Notes: generated from the sequence alone by a model not told the origin. A DNA stretch of 64,000 nt from Lobosporangium transversale (GCF_002105155.1 NW_019028988.1:248001-312000); one strand, 5' to 3'; shown: positions 1 through 13,331, counted from the stretch's first letter. Program-made: numbers and translations.

Positions 1-157
1 CTGGTGGCGTCGAGCTTTCAGTACCAGTGCCCTGGGCCGTTATGATCTGGAGTTGTTCGAGAAGCCTTGAATATCATCCCCAAGGAGGGGTGGGCTGGCT
101 ATTTAGCCGTAGAGAAGGTCTGGGCGTTCGACTACGGTAGACTGGCCGCTTGTGCGT

Positions 158-301
158 GACCGTTTGAGCACGACTGTTTGGATACGGCTGTTCGTTTGAG
201 TGTGGCCATTTGAGTGCGGCTGTTTGAGTGTGGCCATCTGAGTGCAGCTGTTTGAGTACGGCTGTTTGAGTACGGCTGTTCGAGTATGGCTATTTGGGTG
301 T
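158..301. repeat. 14-bp minisatellite, about 10 degenerate units (consensus GGCTGTTTGAGTRY)
   Basis: Consecutive units such as ggctgtttgagtgt / ggccatctgagtgc / agctgtttgagtac / ggctgtttgagtac / ggctgttcgagtat / ggctatttgggtgt. Confidence 0.9.
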
Positions 302-2616
302 GGTAGCCTGGCTGCGAGCTATGAAGCTCTGGTTGGTTTAGACGGCTTCATGTCGTTTACAGTCTAATCGTGAAATGAAAAGGGAGAGATAGACAGAAAA
401 AGAATAATCAGAACAAGGACAGTGGAGCATAGAGCGATGGTCGAGGAGACCGAGGAGAAAGAGAAGAGGAAAGAAAAAAGAAGAGAGTCAAAAATGGCCA
501 TTTTTATATTCGTTATTATTATTATTTTTTATGTTCGCGAAAGAGACGAGTAGTGATTGGATTTCAAAAGCGCGGTGTACTAAGTACCTTGCTTGCTGTA
601 CGCTCAAGAGCGACCAATAAAATATAGGCAACAAAATAAAAAAGTAAAAAAATATACGTGTCTTTGATATCATCTGTCATATTTCATATGGTAATGAGGA
701 AATAATACTCTGTCTTCAAGACTAATAATAAAATCTGTCCACAAGCAACTAGAGCATGAGCTGCATTGCTCTCGAGCCTGTTTACTCTTATTGACAAAGG
801 AGATCATCTTTATTTCTTCTTCTATTCTCTTTCTTCGCTCCTAACAAGAGATGAGATAGACTATCGTTGAAACTGTACTTCGGCAGGTTGCCGTTTTTCC
901 AGAGTGCGATAGAAAATAACATATGACAATCGCCAGAATACCTCTGCGCCTTTTTTTTTTTATTTTTTTTTTTATTTTCATGTAATACAATATAAAATAT
1001 ATAAAGATTAGTGAATAGTTTGAAACGTTTATATGTCGACCATTAAAAAGCATACAACCGTATTGAGGGAATGACATGTCGTATTTCTTTAGCGTTCTGA
1101 AAAGGAAAATAAGGGGGAAGAAAAGTCTATTCGGACAAAAACTGCCACAGTACAAGTTCCCACGACAATCCATTCTATTCCTTGTTAGGGATGAATAGAG
1201 GGAAGAGAAGAAGAGAACCAAGTAATAAGCTTTACTGGCAGTGCCTGATGAACCTCATTACTAAGAAAAAAAAAGGTACTCGGGCTTGATGCTGGCGAAA
1301 AACGGGAGTATGCGAGCTCGTGCTCTGAATCTCGTCCATTTACTTTAGCCACATCACACTGCTCATTGTTTTCCTCTCTCTTTGTTGTACACCATACAGG
1401 GAGAGCAATGTGGCTCGTGCTCTTGTTTGTGGACAGGCAGGTTGTTGTTTATATGATCTTGCAGATCTTTGAGGATGGAGTGTTAAAAATGCTCTTCCCA
1501 CCCGTGAGAGTTTTCTCTTTCTCCACCTTGTAAACATATGAAAATTGACGGAGGATATCACGGGTGCGCAGATTATCCATTTTCAATTCCCGCTACGCCG
1601 CTTTCTTTCTTTCTTTCTTTTTATTTTTATTTTTTAAATAAACTCTCTAGAAGGCGCGAAAAAGCAAAATGCCGAATATGTATTCGTTATTGACTATATG
1701 TTTATATGCTACCACATAATTAACCCACATTCGTTAGCCAGTTAAAGTTTAGCAAGGGTGGTCCCAAAAAGCTCATTTAGTAAAATTTTTTATCAAATGT
1801 CATATTGTACATGAATATTTGGAATGGCAGCAAGGGCTAATTAAGCTTGGTAGACTATACATTTTAGTGATTCAAAGATTTACGTCCTTCCTCGGGTATA
1901 GCTAATTTAGAATGATAATAACCAGCAGTTCCAATTTTTATTTGAAGAGGACGACTGCACTCACAATAATCAAGGACAAGCATCTATCAATATTTCAGAC
2001 AAACAGTGTTTATTAGTGATTGTTTACTATGCTACCACTCACACAAATCCCATGCAATTAACGTCGAATATATTATTGCCACTCTACTAGTTTTTTTTTT
2101 TTTTTTTTTTTTTTTTACTGGCGGGAAGGGTGATGTAGGTTGAATATTCAACAGCCTGCAATAAGATATTTAGCGGTAGAAGTGGGCTTCTTCATCCAAA
2201 GAAGAGCAAACCATTGAAGGCAGAAGTGAAAAGAAGCGAGGCATCTATATGCATGAAAAAAGAGCTTTACAGTCATATTGATCTTAGACCCGCAATAGCA
2301 TATTCAATATTATTTTACATTGGATTTGTGTGGACCAGTTTTGTGTTAGTGTCAGTATGTGTTTGTTTGCAAATAGCTCTGCTTGATACATATCTTTAAA
2401 TATGTTTTTTGTCTTTGCTCGTCCACCCCATCTTCCTCATCGTTTTCCTCATCCTCTAGCTGTGTATGCCCGCTCCAGGCTTAGTTTGGGGAGTTCGAGA
2501 AGTACTAACGACCGGTAACACTCGACACTCTGAACAACCCATTTGTATAAGATATATAAATATTTATATACATGTATATATTACATACCATGTGCTTTTT
2601 CTCGAACGCAATAAAA

Positions 2617-2913
2617 TGTGCAACCACATGATCTGGTTGCGATCGCGTTGCTCCGCAGGGGAACGCAGCAAATTGCGCATGATCATCATATGATCTATGT
2701 GGCATGGCTCCGACGGCGCTACATACCCCAGGGCGTTGCCAACTAGTATAAATAGCCAGCGCCATCGTGGCAGTAGCAATTCCAGACTCGCTCAACCTTA
2801 GACTCACCCTCGCTTATTTCTCTGCGCGCGAGAGCCGAAATAGAAAACTAGAATCATGTAATCTATGGGATAAACATTGCGGCTTGATAACTAACTTGGA
2901 ATGTAATGAGACA
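2617..2913 (+). mobile_element. Possible solo LTR (or other structured element)
   Basis: GC-richer island beginning TGT and ending ACA, flanked by AAAA on both sides, internal TATAAATAG box near 2748, several hairpins; boundaries uncertain. Confidence 0.35.
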
Positions 2914-3464
2914 AAAATAAGGATCTTTATCAACGTAACAGAAAAGAGTATTTATGCTTACATATTAGAGGTTCCTAATTACTGAACTCATCGTTGTGTG
3001 CTTAATAGCGTACAGAAATACTAAAGATGGATGCATGGGCTAAATGAAAGAAAGCATCGGGAAACCATCCACAATCTATAACAACACGGCCAACAAAAGT
3101 GCAAAGTAGAGCGGCATAGTATATTTCAACTTTAGATAAATCATTGTAGTTCTTTATTTAGTTCCAGAGTCGCATAAAGAATATCAACATCTACTCTGAG
3201 CCACGTATAATCATTAAAAGATAAATATTCTGGTCAGTGTTTGATGCTTGGGTATCGGCTCTGGATCTGGGCTTGTGTCGTAGAAGGCTACCTGGTAATG
3301 GTATTTAAGACTGAAATTAAGATCTCGTACAAATAAAAAAAAGACCCCCGTGTAAATAAGGTGAGTACGGAATAGTGCAAATTGTTATTTCCACGGAGGC
3401 CATACAAATAACTTCATCCTTGAAGTAAAGAGGGCTTGGCAAAAACATTAATTTGATGCAAAAT

Positions 3465-3536
3465 TGATCTACGCAGGGGTCGAACCTGCAATCTCCTGAT
3501 TCGTAGTCAGACGCCTTTCCATTGGGCCAGTAGACC
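3465..3536 (-). tRNA. tRNA-Arg (ACG), intronless, copy 1
   Basis: Reverse complement GGTCTACTGGCCCAATGGAAAGGCGTCTGACTACGAATCAGGAGATTGCAGGTTCGACCCCTGCGTAGATCA folds as a cloverleaf with anticodon loop CT-ACG-AA, A box, B box GGTTCGACCCC and downstream T-run terminators. Confidence 0.97.
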
Positions 3537-3672
3537 TTTACGCGATCTTCTTCCCAGTTAGAAATATTTTATATCTATTTTCAAAGCGTAGTGATATTTG
3601 GAGCATCACGTGATATAATCGCAAATTTAGGTCGCCAATGTGCGAGACCGAGGCGAAGATGACTTTCGCGCA

Positions 3673-3911
3673 CAACGGGCCAATTAGGGAGCAGGGCTCG
3701 TCACGTAGAGCCGTGCCACAGGTCCTCTGGGACCAAGGAAGTCTACTCAATGCTGACGTGGTTTATGAACAGGATGTAGTACTGTGGCAGTATGACGATG
3801 CGGCTTCGGTCGATTATTGGATACCGCTTTATTTGCGACCCAGTAATGGGGCAACCCATTTAAAGAGCTAACCTCGTTATCAAAAAACAAATAAATTAAA
3901 AAATAAAAAAA
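3673..3911 (+). mobile_element. Short poly(A)-tailed retroposed element (family A), copy upstream of tRNA copy 1
   Basis: 3705-3841 is identical to 60805-60941; ends GTTATC plus an A-rich tail. Confidence 0.85.
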
Positions 3912-3942
3912 TCCTTAATACAATCTGGTACGGGTCCCAATC

Positions 3943-4046
3943 TGCGGCCCCAGTTATGAGGCAACCCATTTATAGAGCTAACATCTTAATAAGCGTTGCT
4001 TGGTTTCGTGGATTCCAGTTATCAAAAAAAAAAAAAAAAAAAAAAA
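3943..4046 (+). mobile_element. 5'-truncated, diverged 3' fragment of family A with poly(A) tail
   Basis: tgcggccccagttatgaggcaacccatttatagagctaacatct...gttatc(A)n aligns with 60934-61036. Confidence 0.8.
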
Positions 4047-4156
4047 GACAGGAAAATAATGACCAGAGAGAGAGAGCAGTTTATGTCATTAAAGATGTTT
4101 GAAAAGTTATTATTATTTCTAGATTTCAAATAGCAAGAAGTACACGAAGGCAGCCT

Positions 4157-4779
4157 CTACGTATTTGTAAAAAATTGACTAACCATATCCTTCACCATGG
4201 ATACATCATATCGAATATATTTTTGCAGGTTCTTTGTAAACTCCATAGTTGCAGCCCCTCCTCCACCGCCTGAAGACGCATATTTCGTCAGAAACTTGTC
4301 ATACATTGGAATCAAAACTTGGTGCACGTCTTTAAGGACCATAGCTCTCAGATCTACATCCGGGATCGAGTATTGCTTTTGTGTCTTCCACAACTCATCA
4401 AAGTCATGATTAAAGTTTTTGAATTTATCTTTGACCATTTGACGCTGGTTCGAGTTCAGCACTTGTTGAACACCGCCATCCTGGACATATGTCACGTCCA
4501 TAAGATGCTCCACACACTGCTTCCAATTGTCTTGGTAGAGATCCACGTTCTGTTTCAATGGCCGTTCATAGATAGCTGAAGTCAGGTTATTGGCTGGTGT
4601 ATTGGCGACCTCGGGTCCTGTACCATTGATAACATCGAGCATTCCAGGCGTCGTACGCACCGATTTGGAAATATAAAAATAATTATTCAGCAAAAACAGC
4701 TGAGTCAATGACTGACTCTTCTTGTAAAATTTAGACTTGGCATCAATATTTTGAACTAGTGCTTCCAACACATCCGCTA

Positions 4780-4815
<36 letters not shown>

Positions 4816-7109
4816 GAAAGTAAGCAAACAACTATCAATTATAGTCCAACAGAGATCAAACAGTGATAAGGATAGAAATAAGGACAGAAATAGGATGAGT
4901 CTCACCGAAATAATGTTGCAAAACGGCGCTTCGTCCTGAGCGCCCAGCAGCATGGGGTCGACGATTTTGAGGAGCACCGGCATCAGAATTATTCCAGTTG
5001 CCATCTCCGATAAGATTAAGGATTGACTCAACCATGGATTGATAGTTCATCAGACGCTTCATATAGTTAAGGGTCTATTGTCGATATTGCATGGACAGTC
5101 CATGTTAAAATATAAAAATAGAATCAATCATCTTGACATGTCTATCATCCTAAAAAGAATTCATAATGATCGCTACATACATCCGAAGTCAATTGATGAA
5201 CTGTTCCGTCCAGCGGCATGGCTTGATATTTGGAGTTGTTTTGGCTCTTTAGTGTATATGAAAGAGGGGAAAGTAAGGGTTAGAGCCGTTACAGTATAAT
5301 TCAACCGTTACAGTATAATTCAACCGTTTTTTCAACAACAATACTTACTCGGACATCAGCAAGGAAATCAATAAATGTCCTCATTGCAGCTGCTTTGAAT
5401 GTCTTAAGGAGCTCTGCAGCGTCGTTTTCCTTTTGCCTTCTCGCCAACTACCCTCAAAGTAGAATGAAGGGTGGGAATATTCATTAGGGCTCAAATCCTT
5501 GCTCAAATGGGACAAATGCTAAAAAAAAAAAAAAAACCAAAACTCCTTACCCCAAAGACACTTTCGAATGTATTCATGTTGCCTTCTAGAGACTCAATGA
5601 TATCAAAGAGAACTCCGACTTCAGATGTATACGTCTTCCTCACTCTGCGTGTGATCGTCCGACCCGCCTCAACCCATTGCTCGATTGGAGGCATAATTGA
5701 TCCCATGAATGCAAGACTGAGAAGCTTGGGGTCTAGAAGAGTGTCGGCCAAATCGGCTTCATTCTATATTGAAAAAAACATTTGAACGGTAAGAGCTTAG
5801 TTTAAAGGAATATGAAAGACATTGACAGCCTAACTTAATTAAAAGACTCAACGAGAAATCCATTTATACCCTGCAAAGTTTGAGTAAGGATGACGTATAG
5901 GGGATGAATGGACTTGATCCTTTGTCATAGATGCCCTTCAATTCCACCATGGAAGACTGATACAGGGGCGCCAAAGACTTAATCATGCAATTGGCACGGA
6001 TTTCACAGTACGACTTCAAATACCCTGTGGGTGTAGCATGCGGATCTAGATCAATATCTGCCAGACTTTTTGCCACGGTGACAAGCGTCTGTATGACTCC
6101 TGATGGAAGTGCTGGGATATCTTTGCGATCTGTAGAGGTAACAGTCTTGAGATCCAGTGGTTGACTATTCTGGGTTAAAAGCCTCTTGAATAGGTCGTCC
6201 AATTGTCCTGCTGCGAGCTTCAAGCTTCGTTTCTATGTATTTTGTATTGTGTTAGTGTAGAAGCAATAAAATCAAGTTTTTGGACCATTGGACCGAAGAT
6301 AGGGAGAGAAAAAAGAGAAGGAAGGAGAGGAATCTTTTGTAGAAATGGTTTTTGTATTGCCTACCAGCTGTTGGACAACTCGCTCGCCTGCCTTGAGTTT
6401 TATTGAACTCATGGCCCGGAGATACTCGCGTATCCGCGCAATAGACTGCAAGTAGGATTGCAGATCCCGCTCTGCTAATGGTCTTGCAACTATAGCCTCT
6501 TCTTGTGCAGCCAGATCAAAGTATGACAAGATAGCCTCCAGAGCTGCAACCGTCTGGTTCATGTCTATTTCCAATGGGTCATAAGTGTATTAGTACTCAG
6601 TACTCTTTAATCGTAGCAACACTTTTTTTTTTTTTTTTTTTTTAGCTCATATCCCATCTGGTATCTATATACAATTGCGTACTTCCAGCAAGGCGTGTGA
6701 GGGATTGTGTTGACTTATGGATGGGCATCACTGATGTCTCCAAGCTCGCAAGCCGGGTATCAAATGAGTTCAGAATGTCGACCTACATGCAAAAGCCCAA
6801 ACATGTAAAATGTCAGCCATCAAGTAGGTCCATTGACTGAACTCTCCCATCAAGTGTTTTATATCTCAGAAGAAGCTGCATTACCATCTTAGTTGATACA
6901 GTGTTGGTCTTGTCGAGACTGGCGGTGAGGCCACTTAACTCTGCGACTTCCTCATCCAAGAAAGTCTTGTTCTCTCTAATTCTATTTTCTTACAACAAAG
7001 TTTGACGATGAGTTGATCCAGGTCGTAGTTGTACTTCATCTTGCACCGTCGTCCATTTAAGCTCAATAAAAATAGCCATGAAACAATACCCTTCGCTAGC
7101 GATGGCCAT
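4157..7109 (-). CDS. EXO70: Exocyst complex subunit Exo70 (10 exons)
   Basis: Spliced exons give MAIASEGENKTFLDEE..., PLDGTVHQLTSDTLNYMKRL, FLLNNYFYI, VKDKFKNFNHDFDEL, YSIPDVDLR, KYIRY, all Exo70 hallmarks; nine GT-AG introns join in frame. Confidence 0.93.
5286..5328. repeat. 19-bp tandem duplication (ccgttacagtataattcaa x2) inside an EXO70 intron
   Basis: Exact adjacent direct repeat. Confidence 0.9.
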
Positions 7110-8037
7110 GTCCGATGACGGGTGATGAGCCGCGGCTGAGAATGGAGACGTGAAATGTGGGGATGTTTGTTTGTTTGTTGCTCAGTTTTGTTTGTCCTGT
7201 GTGTTGCAAATGTGTCCGTGGTAAACTTTCCTGACTGAGGTTTTCAGACTTGAAATAGGAGGTTTTAGGGCGAGTGAAAGGGATGGAGAGACTGAACGAT
7301 GAGTTCCAGAAAGAGAAGAAAAAGAAAAAAGTGTTTTTACTAAAAGAAGACTACTAAAGGGAGCCAACCCACAAGTTGCTTTATTGATCTCAGGTAGAAT
7401 GCTCTTTTGTAAAAAATGGTTACACGGGATTAGCATATAACCATGCACATGCAAAAGAACATCCCTGTCCAGGCCCTTATCATTTACTGGGCTGGCAGAT
7501 CAACAATAATTTATGCACAATCCATCTTCTCCCCCTTTCTTCTCCCTCATGCTCATGATGATATCTCTTCCTTTCAGTCAGGGGAGCACCTTGCCTTTGA
7601 TGGGAATGCTGAAGTTTTTTTTTCTAGCGTCCATAGTCAATAAATGTATTTGGTGATCCTCTTTGTGCAGTAGTCTTCTTGGGTGATTACTATTTCTTTT
7701 GTTTCATCCTCATTGTCTTTTCTTTTCTTTCCTTGAATGAATGAAATCAGCCTCCCTACCTCATCACCCTTCCTTTGATTTTTACTTTATTCTTTATTTT
7801 ATTCCTTCTTGTGCCATTCATTTCTGTCCCCATTTCTTTCGTTTGCTCTTCCTGTTGTCTTCACCTTTGCTTTATTCCATTCGACTACGATACAAAAGCA
7901 CCACACAAAACAAATCGCAAAAACAACGCATGCAATTCTCTTGTTTCCACAAGTTGTCCTTTACACTGAATAATTGTTGTTTCTCGCTCATTGAACCGTA
8001 TCGAGCCATTTTTACCTTACTTTTCTCTTTTACAGCG

Positions 8038-8839
8038 ATGAATACCTCATACACCCCACAGGCGCAAATCATTCGCGACAACTGCGAGTTCCTCAAACCT
8101 AGACCCAGAGTCCACAACCAGCGCTCAACGATCCAGCACTGGCAACTGCGAGATCTGATCACTTGTCCCAAGACCAGCGAAGAGTTCATTTATGTTAATC
8201 AAAATGCAGTAAACAGCTATAATACTCGAACAAAGATTACTACGCACCTGATGAAGGATCTTCCATTCCAACCTACGTCTTTGACAGCTGCGTAAGCATC
8301 TTTTTCTTTCTTTCTTTCTTTTTTTCTTCTACTTATTATTTTTATCTTTTGAAAAGAGTGAATAGGAGGAGGGGCCAACAAATTTTTTTGAATTTCACAA
8401 GGATCCTTTGGACTGCCTTAATAAACCTTACTTTCTTTTCGCCCTCCAAATAGATGCGGATACCTTGCTGCTGGTGGACAGCGCAACCAATTGATGGTCA
8501 GACAGATGAACAGCAACTGGTAAAAAACCGCACAGAATAGAATACAGCATAATTTGCAAGGGCTGAACCGGGGATAAATATTTGCTACTTCCTATACAGC
8601 GTCTGTAGTATTTATCTAATAGATCCTACTTACAATTGCTACCACCAGGTTTGCGCATACAAATGTCGGCGGGTCGATCAACAATGCGCTTTGTATCTCG
8701 GAGCATCTAGGAGGGACACGTCTGCTAATTAGTAACAATGATGAAACCATTAAAGTATATTCCTTGCCAGGACTACAACGTCTGACCAGCATCCAATTGC
8801 CAACGGCTGTCAACTATGGTATGTAGCATCTGCTTTATC

Positions 8840-8876
<37 letters not shown>

Positions 8877-9135
8877 CACGCGCAAGTTTAGTAGATTAGA
8901 TTGAGTTGAACTGGAGCAGTGGTATAGCTTTTTTAACGTTTGTTCACTGCGTCATTTTTAGCGTCTGTGAGCCCCGATGGACGTAAGATGGTAGCAGTCG
9001 GCGACTCGAATCAAGTTTTTTTATATGACATCTCAGCAGCGGGCTATCAAAAAATTGGCACTTACACAGGTACAACTGGAATTTAATTATGATATCGTGC
9101 GTTTCATCCAATTCTATCCAGATACTTATTTATTG

Positions 9136-9179
<44 letters not shown>

Positions 9180-9835
9180 TAATAATCGAAATAGCAACAA
9201 CGGAGGCAAGTTTTTCATGTGCCTGGAATCAATCTTCAGAAAAGTTTGCAGTAGCAAATCAAGATGGATATGTCAGTGTCTGGGATATTCGCCATAGCGA
9301 GAAGCTTTGTAAACTTGGATCAAAGCAGGTATTACCTTACCCATATTGTTGGTTTTCATTAAGAAGAAATGAGCCGTATTCATGTGGTTTGACTTTTCAT
9401 TTGTTCCACTTTTTAGCAACCACAATCAAAAGGCGCTACGCGATGTGTCAAGTTCTCGTCATCCGGGTCGATTGATCTGCTTCTATATAGTGAGCATGTA
9501 TCCTACATCAACTTGGTTGATGCGAGGACCTTTAATGAGAGGCAGATTGTTCGTGTTGCGCCGCCGACTAATGACGAACACATCTCGGGCATTGCATTAA
9601 GCCCCGACAGCAAAGTCTGTTTTGTTGGTATGTACTTGTTTCAATCTTACATTCCATTCTGTCAGGCTTGGATGGAATCTGATAGATTTTTATTAACATA
9701 TCTTCGACTACTCATCACTCATCCTATGCCCTACGTCCTATCTCGGATCTTCATATAGGTTTGGAGAACACAGTTCTTGAATTCGATGTAGATACAGTTA
9801 CACGAAGGAGCTTTCCTTCTGGAAGCCTTATTTAA
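8038..9835 (+). CDS. WD40-like beta-propeller protein, DUF2415 / yeast Gid11(YLR149C)-like family (7 exons)
   Basis: Motifs IQHWQLRDL, LISNNDETIKVY, ASVSPDGRKMVAVGDS, FSCAWN, FAVANQDG, GATRCVKFS, DLLLYSEH, ISGIALSPD; six GT-AG introns in frame; an upstream exon is possible (acceptor-like TACAG just before the ATG). Confidence 0.8.
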
Positions 9836-10168
9836 ATTGCAAAGCTTTCAGGTCCCCTTCTCGATTTTTTTTTTTTTTTTTTTTTTTTTGCTTTTTCGTC
9901 ATGTAATATGTCTACTTTAATAGCCCTATACCCGCATGATCCGACAACGTTCGCTTCTTTGGTCATTTTTATTAAAATTTGACAATTATCTGGATCTAAG
10001 TTTTGATGATTTTTGTATTCAACGTTCTCTATGATGGCTTTGAGCTTGATAAAAGTTTTTTATTTTTTTATTATTTTATTTTATAGATATATTTATTTCT
10101 TTATTTTACTTGTTTCATTTTCTCTTTTTACAATGTTGTACTTTATTCGTTTCATCTTGCTAATTATT

Positions 10169-10879
10169 TTACAGGATAGCAAACTGTTTGTAGAGCAATT
10201 CCCGGACTTGATAATAATCTTGACTCATAGGAGAACCCTCCAATAATATCTGACCGGTTGTGTCTGATTTGCGGAGGGCCACGACCCCATTGCAGACCAA
10301 CACTCCATCACCCATGAACTCTGCTTCGATACCCGCTTGCTTCAGCACTCTGTTCTTGAACTCTGTCAACTTGACATCGCCCACCAAGACTGGTTTATGC
10401 TCTCGTGCCAGTAATTCCAAGCGCTGTTGTTGAATCTGAAGTTGAAGCGCATGTTGTTGTTGCAGCTGTTGGTCCGAAATTTCTCCAGTAGTTTCAGCAG
10501 TGATAAGTTTCTTGGCCGCTGAGGCCTTATCCATATCTACTATCGTCATAGGCATACCTAGCACTGGAGCGTTTGATCCTGGTGGGATCTGAACTTGGCC
10601 CACAAGATAGGCCAGATCATACTCGCCTAGAGTCGAGAATGATAAAGAACTCAAAAGTGCATCTGTCAAGTTGATTTTGTACATGTTGGTCACTTCAGAG
10701 ACATTGAGGACCTCACCAATCGAAGGTGTATAGATTTCGCGTGTCATATCCGACAGCTCAAGATAGGTTTTACACAAGGATTCTGTCTTTAATTCCGTTC
10801 CATGGATTAGGATCTACAGAAAAGCATGAAGGTGTTAGTAGCCTGATGGAGATGAGCTTAATTGCTTACAGATCTCGAG

Positions 10880-10914
<35 letters not shown>

Positions 10915-12217
10915 AAATATATATCTTACCAGCTTTCTTGGTGCAATGGCTTGCAAGATAGTCTTCATAGCGCTTTCATCTGCACGGCCTTCTATATCTA
11001 CATACCGCACTTTGCACTTGACAATGATATCTTCCTCTGAGGTTTCGTATTTTGAAGGCACAGTATCTTCTGGATGGACCATGTCAGAGTCGATATATTT
11101 GTCCTTTCCATCTGCTCCAATGTTTTCTCCTTCTCTTTCCTCTCCTAACACATTGCCATCTTCATCAACATTAGTCCCGTCATCTGCCCCCATGTGAGTA
11201 TCACCATTAGCATCCACATCCCCGCGGCCGTCCGATGCCGAAAGTGAGAGAAGTGCACTAGACGAAGCACTTAAAAAATGTTCGGCCACAATGCTTTCTC
11301 CATAATCATCAATCTTCTTCCTTCGCTCCACATACGGAAACATACGATAACTCTGAGTTTGCTTGAAGAATCCACCAGACTTGGTTGCATCCTTCATATA
11401 CACATCATGGCTTCCTGTCTTGGACAACAACGTATCTGTTTCAATCATCATGCTGTTATCTCCATCCATAGACCCTTCATCATCATCGCTATCGTTCTCT
11501 TCTTCTAGTAATGTTCGCCGACTCCGTTCTAGCAATGCTGCATCTGCGCGCTCTCGTTCCTGTCGAGCCTCCTGTGCTGCTAAGAAATCTGCCAGCTCCT
11601 GGCCTTCCAGCGGTACCTTGCGGTCCACTTGTAATCGGAGAACACTATCCAATTGAACTTCACTTCCAACCTCTTTATTCTCTAGCTCGCCCACACCTTG
11701 TTTCCACTCATCGTAAAGGTATCTAGCCAATTCTCCTGGAAGAGCTCTCTCTGTCAGGATCAATGTATTCTTGGGATTCTCTGACCATTTATCCATTTTT
11801 AAGAACACCTCCCGAGAAAACCCAGTTTCCATTGACAGATTTGACGCCAAAATGACTTTGGGCCCAGTATATTTATCTAAATCCGAAAGTCGTTGACAGA
11901 GTCGCAAGTACTTGAATTGAAAAGGGTTCTCACGTGTATCTGTTAATTGAGAGCGGACTGTATCTCCCATCCATTCCATCATTGAGGTCGCAAAATGAGC
12001 AGTTCGATATGAAAAGTTTGTGAGAAGGATTAGAGGGTGTCGGATTCGATTTGCCATCCAGTAAGAATCTAACATGTAGGCCAATTCTAAAACTCGTGTT
12101 GAAGAATCGGTCGGAAGCAGGACAGATCCGCCATTGTTGATTGTTGCTACCGTTGACTCTATTATATTATTATTGTCATTGTTAGTATATATAAAAAACC
12201 TCTCTTTATAATTAAAT

Positions 12218-12249
<32 letters not shown>

Positions 12250-13331
12250 TAGAAAAAGAAAGAAGGAAATAATGAGAACACATGTTTACCTAAAAGAGCT
12301 CGGTCCCTAGAAGGGCGAGAAGGCTGCAGGAGCTGTTCCGAGTTGTAAGCATCCGTGATCATCAAGGATGGTCTTAAGAATTCCTGAGGAGCATTTCCAT
12401 CCGGCTGCAACAGAACTGTTGCATCCAAATGTCTTTAAAACAACAACAACAACAACAACGACAAAAAAAATAAAAAAAAAATAAAAAAAAAAATAAAGGA
12501 AGAAGTTATTTAATTATGCCCATAACGCATCGTCAGAAGAAAAAAAAAAAAAGAAAAAGAAAGAAAGGATGATTTGAACTTACTTGTCTTTGCGATGGTT
12601 ATAATCAACAGCATACAGGATTGATTCTGTATCTTTCGAGATCTTCCAGATGGTTCCCCCAACTGTATGTCCTGCAGATGATGCTGTGATCGTGATACCT
12701 TTACATTTACCTCCTAGATCGGTTGGTTGCTGGTATCTAAGGCAGGTAATAGCCTCAAAGGCTTGATCAATATCTTCCAGATTAAACGTTCTGAAATCCT
12801 CAGTTGCTCGTTTTGATTGCCATATGTCGTAGAGTGACAGGCGACCCATATCCATCACTGGGAAGGTTGCATAAGTCTGCGCCCGTAAGCCCAAATAGGA
12901 CCTCGCATAGGCCAACGCGCCCAAATGATGAAGTGTTGAATGTGAGAGTAAACAAGCGTCGACATCCTTTGCGATCCTTAGTATTTATTGTTATTATTAT
13001 AATTTATTATTGGCATCATCGTTGGTTTGTGCCATGTGAGTCCATGATGCATTGAAGAACGTGGAAAAATGAATAGACAAAATGGTATATTCTGTTAGGA
13101 GACTTTTCAGCATAGTATTGCAAGCATAATGCTATTTTTTTTTTTTTTTTTTATCAATTCATTTGTTTTCTGCTTGTACCTCCTAAGTTGCCTGAGATCC
13201 TCCACGTTGAATGCATCGTTCCATCCACAATCAAGCAAGATCTTTGCTTCATCAATCTCGAGCAAATAGCAGAGAGCTGATTCTGACTTTGCGCCTGACA
13301 AGGCAGTGAATCGGATGTAATTCGATTCCAT
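10169..13331 (-). CDS. CFT2: Cleavage and polyadenylation specificity factor subunit 2 (CPSF100/Cft2), 5 exons
   Basis: [71 protein letters not shown]-terminal VLVGDVKL...[13 protein letters not shown]...[12 protein letters not shown]. Confidence 0.95.

Noticed and set aside
158..301. CRISPR-like array
   Set aside because: The units are contiguous with no unique spacers, and the context is eukaryotic; it is a minisatellite.
3638..3871. 77-aa ORF (and the 76-aa ORF at 60717-60947) sharing AVPQVLWDQGSLLNADVV...
   Set aside because: The shared peptide only reflects the repeated element; starts and ends differ, and one ORF crosses the TSD boundary.
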